Source of the DNA: Phyllobates terribilis | Taxonomy: Eukaryota | Length of the DNA: 64,000 nucleotides | Direction: 5' to 3' | Assembly (NCBI RefSeq): GCF_046119375.1 | Contig: NW_027362764.1 | Location: 78,368,001 to 78,432,000 of the forward strand | In this document: positions 53,301 to 64,000 of the stretch, in pieces | How positions within the stretch are numbered: position 1 is the first letter of the stretch | Layout of the letters: every line of letters begins with the position of its first letter | Position numbers and translations under genes: made by a program | Notes under the pieces: generated by a model | Told to the model about the DNA's origin: nothing | The model's database searches: none | The model's input: the letters and a program-made list of their open reading frames with translations, nothing else

Positions 53301-56300
53301 GATAGAACTTGTTCAGTAAACGTGACTGAACTACATCACACTGTGACTGACAGAACTTTTTCAGTAAATGTGAGTGAACTACGTGGCACTGTGACTGAAA
53401 GAACTTGTTCTGCAAACGTGACTAAACTACGTGGCACTGTGACTGAAAGAACCTGTTCCGTAAACGTGACTGAACTACGTGGGACTGTGACTGACAGAAC
53501 TTGTTCAGTAAACGTGAGTGAACTATGTGGCACTGTGACTGACAGAACTTGTCCAGTAAACATGACTGAACTACATCACACTGTGACTGACAGAACTTGT
53601 TCAGTAAACGTGAGTGAACTACGTGGCACTGTGACTGACAGAATTTGTTCAGTAAACGTGAGTGAACTATGTGGCACTGTGACTGACAGAACTTGTTCAG
53701 TAAACGTGACAGAACTACGTGGCACTGTGACTGACAGTGCTTGTTCAGTAAACGTGACTAAACTATGTGGCACTGTGACTGACAGAACTTGTTCGGTAAA
53801 CGTGACTAAACTATGTGGCACTGTGAGTGACAGAACTTGTTCAGTAAACGTGAGTGAACTATGTGGCACTGTGATTGACAGAACTTGTTCAGTAAACGTA
53901 ACTGGATTACATGGCACTGTGACTGACAGAACTTGTTCCGTAAACGTGACTAAACTACGTGGCACTATGAGTGACAGAACTTGTTCAGTAAACGTGAGTG
54001 AACTACATGGCACTGTGACTGACAGAACTTGTCCAGTAAACCTGACTGAACTACATCACAGTGTGACTGACAGAAATTGTTCAGTAAATGTGAGTGAACT
54101 ACGTGGCACTGTGACTGACAGAACTTGTTTAGTAAATGTGACTGAACTACGTGGCACTGTGACTGACAGAACTTGTTCAGTAAACGTGACTGAACTACAT
54201 CACACTGTGACTGACAGAACTTGTTCAGTAAACGTGAGTGAACTATGTGTCACTGTGACTGACAGAACTTGTCCAGTAAACGTGATTGAACTACATCACA
54301 CTGTGACTGACAGAACTTGTTCAGCAAATGTGAGTGAACTACGTGGCACTGTGACTGACAGAACTTGTTCAGTAAACGTGACTAAACTACGTGGCACTGT
54401 GACTGACAGAACTTGTTCAGTAAACGTGAGTGAACTACGTGGCACTATGACTGACAGAACTTTTTCTGTAAACGTGACTAAACTACGTGGCACTGTGACT
54501 GACAGGACTTGTTCAGCAAATGTGAGTGAACTACGTGGCACTGTGACTGACAGAACTTGTTCAGTAAATGTGACTGAACTACATGGCACTGTGACTGACA
54601 GAACTTGTTCAGTAAACATGACTAAACTACGTGGCACTGTGAGTGACAGAACTTGTTCAGTAAACGTGAGTGAACTACGTGGCACTGTGACTGACAGAAC
54701 TTGTTCAGTAAACGTGACTAAACTACATCACACTGTGACTGACAGAACTTGTTCAGTAAACGTGACTAAACTACATCACACTGTGACTGACAGAACTTGT
54801 TCAGTAAATGTGAGTGAACTACATGGCACTGTGATTGACAGAACTTGTTCAGTAAACGTGACTAAACTACGTGGCACTGTGACTGAAAGAACTTGTTCAG
54901 TAAACGTGACTGAACTACGTGGCACTGTGACTGACAGAACTTGTTCAGCAAACGTGACTGAACTACGTGGCACTGTGACTGACAGAACTTGTTCAGTAAA
55001 CGTGACTGAACTACGTGGCACTGTGACTGATAGAACTTGTTCAGTAAACGTGACTGAACTACATCACACTGTGACTGACAGAACTTTTTCAGTAAATGTG
55101 AGTGAACTACGTGGCACTGTGACTGAAAGAACTTGTTCTGTAAACGTGACTGAACTATGTGGCACTGTGACTGAAAGAACCTGTTCCGTAAACGTGACTG
55201 AACTACGTGGGACTGTGACTGACAGAACTTGTTCAGTAAACGTGAGTGAACTATGTGGCACTGTGACTGACAGAACTTGTCCAGTAAACATGACTGAACT
55301 ACATCACACTGTGACTGACAGAACTTGTTCAGTAAACGTGAGTGAACTACGTGGCACTGTGACTGACAGAATTTGTTCAGTAAACGTGAGTGAACTATGT
55401 GGCACTGTGACTGACAGAACTTGTTCAGTAAACGTGACAGAACTACGTGGCACAGTGACTGACAGTGCTTGTTCAGTAAACGTGACTAAACTACGTGGCA
55501 CTGTGACTGACAGAACTTGTTCGGTAAACGTGACTAAACTATGTGGCACTGTGAGTGACAGAACTTGTTCAGTAAACGTGAGTGAACTATGTGGCACTGT
55601 GATTGACAGAACTTGTTCAGTAAACGTAACTGGATTACATGGCACTGTGACTGACAGAACTTGTTCCGTAAACATGACTAAACTACGTGGCACTATGAGT
55701 GACAGAACTTATTCAGTAAACGTGAGTGAACTACATGGCACTGTGACTGACAGAACTTGTCCAGTAAACCTGACTGAACTACATCACAGTGTGACTGACA
55801 GAAATTGTTCAGTAAATGTGAGTGAACTACGTGGCACTGTGACTGACAGAACTTGTTTAGTAAATGTGACTGAACTACGTGGCACTGTGACTGACAGAAC
55901 TTGTTCAGTAAACGTGACTAAACTACATCACACTGTGACTGACAGAACTTGTTCAGTAAACGTGAGTGAACTATGTGTCACTGTGACTGACAGAACTTGT
56001 CCAGTAAACGTGACTGAACTACATCACACTGTGACTGACAGAACTTCTTCAGCAAATGTGAGTGAACTACGTGGCACTGTGACTGACAGAACTTGATCAG
56101 TAAACGTGACAAAACTACGTGGCACTGTGACTGACAGAACTTGTTCAGTAAACGTGAGTGAACTACGTGGCACTGTGACTGACAGAACTTGTTCAGTAAA
56201 CGTGACTAAACTACGTGGCACTGTGACTGACAGGACTTGTTCAGCAAATGTGAGTGAACTACGTGGCACTGTGACTGACAGAACTTGTTCAGTAAATGTG

Positions 56301-59300
56301 ACTGAACTACATGGCACTGTGACTGACAGAACTTGTTCAGTAAACATGACTAAACTACGTGGCACTGTGAGTGACAGAACTTGTTCAGTAAACGTGAGTG
56401 AACTACGTGGCACTGTAACTGACAGAACTTGTTCAGTAAACGTGACTAAACTACATCACACTGTGACTGACAGAACTTGTTCAGTAAACGTGACTAAACT
56501 ACATCACACTGTGACTGGCAGAACTTGTTCAGTAAATGTGAGTGAACTACGTGGCACTGTGATTGACAGAACTTGTTCAGTAAACGTGACTAAACTACGT
56601 GGCACTGTGACTGAAAGAACTTGTTCAGTAAACGTGACTGAACTACGTGGCACTGTGACTGACAGAACTTGTTCAGCAAATGTGACTGAACTACGTGGCA
56701 CTGTGACTGACAGAATTTGTTCAGTAAACGTGACTGAACTACATCGCACTGTGACTGACAGAACTTGTTCAGTAAATGTGACTGAACTACGTGGCACTGT
56801 GACTGATAGAACTTGTTCAGTAAACGTGACTGAACTACATCACACTGTGACTGACAGAACTTTTTCAGTAAATGTGAGTGAACTACGTGGCACTGTGACT
56901 GAAAGAACTTGTTCTGCAAACGTGACTAAACTACGTGGCACTGTGACTGAAAGAACCTGTTCCGTAAACGTGACTGAACTACGTGGGACTGTGACTGACA
57001 GAACTTGTTCAGTAAACGTGAGTGAACTATGTGGCACTGTGACTGACAGAACTTGTCCAGTAAACATGACTGAACTACATCACACTGTGACTGACAGAAC
57101 TTGTTCAGTAAACGTGAGTGAACTACGTGGCACTGTGACTGACAGAATTTGTTCAGTAAACGTGAGTGAACTATGTGGCACTGTGACTGACAGAACTTGT
57201 TCAGTAAACGTGACAGAACTACGTGGCACTGTGACTGACAGTGCTTGTTCAGTAAACGTGACTAAACTATGTGGCACTGTGACTGACAGAACTTGTTCGG
57301 TAAACGTGACTAAACTATGTGGCACTGTGAGTGACAGAACTTGTTCAGTAAACGTGAGTGAACTATGTGGCACTGTGATTGACAGAACTTGTTCAGTAAA
57401 CGTAACTGGATTACATGGCACTGTGACTGACAGAACTTGTTCCGTAAACGTGACTAAACTACGTGGCACTATGAGTGACAGAACTTGTTCAGTAAACGTG
57501 AGTGAACTACATGGCACTGTGACTGACAGAACTTGTCCAGTAAACCTGACTGAACTACATCACAGTGTGACTGACAGAAATTGTTCAGTAAATGTGAGTG
57601 AACTACGTGGCACTGTGACTGACAGAACTTGTTTAGTAAATGTGACTGAACTACGTGGCACTGTGACTGACAGAACTTGTTCAGTAAACGTGACTGAACT
57701 ACATCACACTGTGACTGACAGAACTTGTTCAGTAAACGTGAGTGAACTATGTGTCACTGTGACTGACAGAACTTGTCCAGTAAACGTGATTGAACTACAT
57801 CACACTGTGACTGACAGAACTTGTTCAGCAAATGTGAGTGAACTACGTGGCACTGTGACTGACAGAACTTGTTCAGTAAACGTGACTAAACTACGTGGCA
57901 CTGTGACTGACAGAACTTGTTCAGTAAACGTGAGTGAACTACGTGGCACTATGACTGACAGAACTTTTTCTGTAAACGTGACTAAACTACGTGGCACTGT
58001 GACTGACAGGACTTGTTCAGCAAATGTGAGTGAACTACGTGGCACTGTGACTGACAGAACTTGTTCAGTAAATGTGACTGAACTACATGGCACTGTGACT
58101 GACAGAACTTGTTCAGTAAACATGACTAAACTACGTGGCACTGTGAGTGACAGAACTTGTTCAGTAAACGTGAGTGAACTACGTGGCACTGTGACTGACA
58201 GAACTTGTTCAGTAAACGTGACTAAACTACATCACACTGTGACTGACAGAACTTGTTCAGTAAACGTGACTAAACTACATCACACTGTGACTGACAGAAC
58301 TTGTTCAGTAAATGTGAGTGAACTACATGGCACTGTGATTGACAGAACTTGTTCAGTAAACGTGACTAAACTACGTGGCACTGTGACTGAAAGAACTTGT
58401 TCAGTAAACGTGACTGAACTACGTGGCACTGTGACTGACAGAACTTGTTCAGCAAACGTGACTGAACTACGTGGCACTGTGACTGACAGAACTTGTTCAG
58501 TAAACGTGACTGAACTACGTGGCACTGTGACTGATAGAACTTGTTCAGTAAACGTGACTGAACTACATCACACTGTGACTGACAGAACTTTTTCAGTAAA
58601 TGTGAGTGAACTACGTGGCACTGTGACTGAAAGAACTTGTTCTGTAAACGTGACTGAACTATGTGGCACTGTGACTGAAAGAACCTGTTCCGTAAACGTG
58701 ACTGAACTACGTGGGACTGTGACTGACAGAACTTGTTCAGTAAACGTGAGTGAACTATGTGGCACTGTGACTGACAGAACTTGTCCAGTAAACATGACTG
58801 AACTGCATCACACTGTGACTGACAGAACTTGTTCAGTAAACGTGAGTGAACTACGTGGCACTGTGACTGACAGAATTTGTTCAGTAAACGTGAGTGAACT
58901 ATGTGGCACTGTGACTGACAGAACTTGTTCAGTAAACGTGACAGAACTACGTGGCACAGTGACTGACAGTGCTTGTTCAGTAAACGTGACTAAACTACGT
59001 GGCACTGTGACTGACAGAACTTGTTCGGTAAACGTGACTAAACTATGTGGCACTGTGAGTGACAGAACTTGTTCAGTAAACGTGAGTGAACTATGTGGCA
59101 CTGTGATTGACAGAACTTGTTCAGTAAACGTAACTGGATTACATGGCACTGTGACTGACAGAACTTGTTCCGTAAACATGACTAAACTACGTGGCACTAT
59201 GAGTGACAGAACTTGTTCAGTAAACGTGAGTGAACTACATGGCACTGTGACTGACAGAACTTGTCCAGTAAACCTGACTGAACTACATCACAGTGTGACT

Positions 59301-62300
59301 GACAGAAATTGTTCAGTAAATGTGAGTGAACTACGTGGCACTGTGACTGACAGAACTTGTTTAGTAAATGTGACTGAACTACGTGGCACTGTGACTGACA
59401 GAACTTGTTCAGTAAACGTGACTAAACTACATCACACTGTGACTGACAGAACTTGTTCAGTAAACGTGAGTGAACTATGTGTCACTGTGACTGACAGAAC
59501 TTGTCCAGTAAACGTGACTAAACTACATCACACTGTGACTGACAGAACTTCTTCAGCAAATGTGAGTGAACTACGTGGCACTGTGACTGACAGAACTTGA
59601 TCAGTAAACGTGACAAAACTACGTGGCACTGTGACTGACAGAACTTGTTCAGTAAACGTGAGTGAACTACGTGGCACTGTGACTGACAGAACTTGTTCAG
59701 TAAACGTGACTAAACTACGTGGCACTGTGACTGACAGGACTTGTTCAGCAAATGTGAGTGAACTACGTGGCACTGTGACTGACAGAACTTGTTCAGTAAA
59801 TGTGACTGAACTAAATGGCACTGTGACTGACAGAACTTGTTCAGTAAACATGACTAAACTACGTGGCACTGTGAGTGACAGAACTTGTTCAGTAAACGTG
59901 AGTGAACTACGTGGCACTGTGACTGACAGAACTTGTTCAGTAAACGTGACTAAACTACATCACACTGTGACTGACAGAACTTGTTCAGTAAACGTGACTA
60001 AACTACATCACACTGTGACTGGCAGAACTTGTTCAGTAAATGTGAGTGAACTACGTGGCACTGTGATTGACAGAACTTGTTCAGTAAACGTGACTAAACT
60101 ACGTGGCACTGTGACTGAAAGAACTTGTTCAGTAAACGTGACTGAACTACGTGGCACTGTGACTGACAGAACTTGTTCAGCAAATGTGACTGAACTACGT
60201 GGCACTGTGACTGACAGAATTTGTTCAGTAAACGTGACTGAACTACATCGCACTGTGACTGACAGAACTTGTTCAGTAAATGTGACTGAACTACGTGGCA
60301 CTGTGACTGATAGAACTTGTTCAGTAAACGTGACTGAACTACATCACACTGTGACTGACAGAACTTTTTCAGTAAATGTGAGTGAACTACGTGGCACTGT
60401 GACTGAAAGAACTTGTTCTGCAAACGTGACTAAACTACGTGGCACTGTGACTGAAAGAACCTGTTCCGTAAACGTGACTGAACTACGTGGGACTGTGACT
60501 GACAGAACTTGTTCAGTAAACGTGAGTGAACTATGTGGCACTGTGACTGACAGAACTTGTCCAGTAAACATGACTGAACTACATCACACTGTGACTGACA
60601 GAACTTGTTCAGTAAACGTGAGTGAACTACGTGGCACTGTGACTGACAGAATTTGTTCAGTAAACGTGAGTGAACTATGTGGCACTGTGACTGACAGAAC
60701 TTGTTCAGTAAACGTGACAGAACTACGTGGCACTGTGACTGACAGTGCTTGTTCAGTAAACGTGACTAAACTATGTGGCACTGTGACTGACAGAACTTGT
60801 TCGGTAAACGTGACTAAACTATGTGGCACTGTGAGTGACAGAACTTGTTCAGTAAACGTGAGTGAACTATGTGGCACTGTGATTGACAGAACTTGTTCAG
60901 TAAACGTAACTGGATTACATGGCACTGTGACTGACAGAACTTGTTCCGTAAACGTGACTAAACTACGTGGCACTATGAGTGACAGAACTTGTTCAGTAAA
61001 CGTGAGTGAACTACATGGCACTGTGACTGACAGAACTTGTCCAGTAAACCTGACTGAACTACATCACAGTGTGACTGACAGAAATTGTTCAGTAAATGTG
61101 AGTGAACTACGTGGCACTGTGACTGACAGAACTTGTTTAGTAAATGTGACTGAACTACGTGGCACTGTGACTGACAGAACTTGTTCAGTAAACGTGACTG
61201 AACTACATCACACTGTGACTGACAGAACTTGTTCAGTAAACGTGAGTGAACTATGTGTCACTGTGACTGACAGAACTTGTCCAGTAAATGTGATTGAACT
61301 ACATCACACTGTGACTGACAGAACTTGTTCAGCAAATGTGAGTGAACTACGTGGCACTGTGACTGACAGAACTTGTTCAGTAAACGTGACTAAACTACGT
61401 GGCACTGTGACTGACAGAACTTGTTCAGTAAACGTGAGTGAACTACGTGGCACTATGACTGACAGAACTTTTTCTGTAAACGTGACTAAACTACGTGGCA
61501 CTGTGACTGACAGGACTTGTTCAGCAAATGTGAGTGAACTACGTGGCACTGTGACTGACAGAACTTGTTCAGTAAATGTGACTGAACTACATGGCACTGT
61601 GACTGACAGAACTTGTTCAGTAAACATGACTAAACTACGTGGCACTGTGAGTGACAGAACTTGTTCAGTAAACGTGAGTGAACTACGTGGCACTGTGACT
61701 GACAGAACTTGTTCAGTAAACGTGACTAAACTACATCACACTGTGACTGACAGAACTTGTTCAGTAAACGTGACTAAACTACATCACACTGTGACTGACA
61801 GAACTTGTTCAGTAAATGTGAGTGAACTACATGGCACTGTGATTGACAGAACTTGTTCAGTAAACGTGACTAAACTACGTGGCACTGTGACTGAAAGAAC
61901 TTGTTCAGTAAACGTGACTGAACTACGTGGCACTGTGACTGACAGAACTTGTTCAGCAAACGTGACTGAACTACGTGGCACTGTGACTGACAGAACTTGT
62001 TCAGTAAACGTGACTGAACTACGTGGCACTGTGACTGATAGAACTTGTTCAGTAAACGTGACTGAACTACATCACACTGTGACTGACAGAACTTTTTCAG
62101 TAAATGTGAGTGAACTACGTGGCACTGTGACTGAAAGAACTTGTTCTGTAAACGTGACTGAACTATGTGGCACTGTGACTGAAAGAACCTGTTCCGTAAA
62201 CGTGACTGAACTACGTGGGACTGTGACTGACAGAACTTGTTCAGTAAACGTGAGTGAACTATGTGGCACTGTGACTGACAGAACTTGTCCAGTAAACATG

Positions 62301-64000
62301 ACTGAACTACATCACACTGTGACTGACAGAACTTGTTCAGTAAACGTGAGTGAACTACGTGGCACTGTGACTGACAGAATTTGTTCAGTAAACGTGAGTG
62401 AACTATGTGGCACTGTGACTGACAGAACTTGTTCAGTAAACGTGACAGAACTACGTGGCACAGTGACTGACAGTGCTTGTTCAGTAAACGTGACTAAACT
62501 ACGTGGTACTGTGACTGACAGAACTTGTTCGGTAAACGTGACTAAACTATGTGGCACTGTGAGTGACAGAACTTGTTCAGTAAACGTGAGTGAACTATGT
62601 GGCACTGTGATTGACAGAACTTGTTCAGTAAACGTAACTGGATTACATGGCACTGTGACTGACAGAACTTGTTCCGTAAACATGACTAAACTACGTGGCA
62701 CTATGAGTGACAGAACTTGTTCAGTAAACGTGAGTGAACTACATGGCACTGTGACTGACAGAACTTGTCCAGTAAACCTGACTGAACTACATCACAGTGT
62801 GACTGACAGAAATTGTTCAGTAAATGTGAGTGAACTATGTGTCACTGTGACTGACAGAACTTGTCCAGTAAACGTGATTGAACTACATCACAGTGTGACT
62901 GACAGAAATTGTTCAGTAAATGTGACTGAACTACATGGCACTGTGACTGACAGAACTTGTTCAGTAAACATGACTAAACTACGTGGCACTGTGACTGACA
63001 GGACTTGTTCAGCAAATGTGAGTGAACTACGTGGCACTGTGACTGACAGAACTTGTTCAGTAAATGTGACTGAACTACATGGCACTGTGACTGACAGAAC
63101 TTGTTCAGTAAACATGACTAAACTACGTGGCACTGTGAGTGACAGAACTTGTTCAGTAAACGTGACTGAACTACATCACACTGTGACTGACAGAACTTGT
63201 CCAGTAAACGTGAGTGAACTACGTGGCACTGTGACTGACAGAACTTGTTCAGTAAACGTGACTGAACTACATCACACTGTGACTGACAGAACTTGTCCAG
63301 TAAACGTGAGTGAACTACGTGGCACTGTGACTGACAGAACTTTTCCAGTAAACGTGACTGAACTACATCACACTGTGCCTGACAGAACTTGTTCAGTAAA
63401 TGTGAGTTAACTACATGGCACTGTGACTGACAGAACTTGTTCAGTAAATGTGAGTTAACTACGTGGCACTGTGACTGACAGAACTTGTCCAGTAAACCTG
63501 ACTGAACTACATCACACTGTGACTGACAGAAATTGTTCAGTAAATGTGAGTGAACTACGTGGCACTGTGACTGACAGAACTTGTTTAGTAAACGTGACTG
63601 AACTACGTGGCACTGTGACTGACAGAACTTGTTCAGTAAACGTGACTGAACTACATCACACTGTGACTGACAGAACTTGTTCAGTAAACGTGAGTGAACT
63701 ATGTGGCACTGTGACTGACAGAACTTGTCCAGTAAACGTGACTGAACTACATCACACTGTGACTGACAGAACTTGTTCAGTAAATGTGACTAAACTACGT
63801 GGCACTGTGACTGACAGAACTTGTTCAGTAAACGTGAGTGAACTACGTGGCACTGTGACTGACAGAACTTGTTCAGTAAACATGACTAAACTACGTGGCA
63901 CTGAGACTGACAGAACTTGTTCAGTAAACGTGACTGAACTACATCACACTGTGACTGACAGAACTTTTTCAGTAAATGTGAGTGAACTATGTGGCACTGT
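44350..64000. repeat. 48-bp satellite, ~410 monomers in window, with higher-order structure; continues past the window
   Basis: Consensus gtgactgacagaacttgttcagtaaacgtgactgaactacgtggcact. Diagnostic variants recur at 1728, 1776 and 3504 bp. Confidence 0.99.

Larger units (their letters stand above)
40181..64000 (-). mobile_element. Helitron (autonomous-type, now defective); 3' end at 40181, 5' end not seen in window
   Basis: Minus strand ends ...cccaatgcgttagaatcggg ccaccat CTAG|T (subterminal hairpin, CTRR, then T). A RepHel ORF follows. Including the array in the element is inference. Confidence 0.8.

Noticed and set aside
44329-63410. Giant mucin-like ORFs (461-1266 aa of VTDRTCSVNVTELRGT, with an N-glycosylation sequon in each unit)
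   Set aside because: The 48-bp unit is a multiple of 3 and lacks stops in this frame, so long ORFs are expected. TGA stops are amplified with the HOR (47360, 50864, 52592, 56096, 59600) and TAA stops occur near 63410 and 63458. No signal peptide or splice context is evident.
44350-64000. CRISPR-like array
   Set aside because: Monomers are contiguous with no unique spacers, there are no cas genes, and the context is eukaryotic.
44350-64000. Functional V(D)J recombination signal array
   Set aside because: Only the heptamer matches. There is no nonamer at 12 or 23 bp and no V, D or J segments.

Overview
Repeat-saturated eukaryotic DNA, most likely a frog genome (inferred from the transposon families). 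No host protein-coding gene is confidently recognisable. The left 40 kb is a patchwork of often nested elements: hAT elements and MITEs, a TTAA piggyBac-type non-autonomous element, TTAA Kolobok/T2-type MITEs, three full-length Tc1 elements, solo or truncated LTRs, and Penelope-like (PLE) fragments. One PLE-type segment carries a near-canonical minimal hammerhead ribozyme at 22530-22569, and three degenerate hammerhead motifs occur elsewhere. The right 24 kb is a minus-strand Helitron: 3' CTAG end at 40181 and a disabled Rep/PIF1-helicase ORF at 40477-44306. About 45 bp upstream of its ATG, a 48-bp tandem array begins and runs at least 19.6 kb to the window edge. The array is hierarchical: 48 bp monomers form 36/37-mers, which form a 73-mer of 3504 bp. 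The main points of interest are this Helitron-linked higher-order satellite, the hammerhead motifs, and a fold-back of telomere-like repeats centred on a hAT MITE (17355-18008). The long repetitive ORFs in the track are read-through of tandem repeats. All family assignments come from motif recognition, not database searches.
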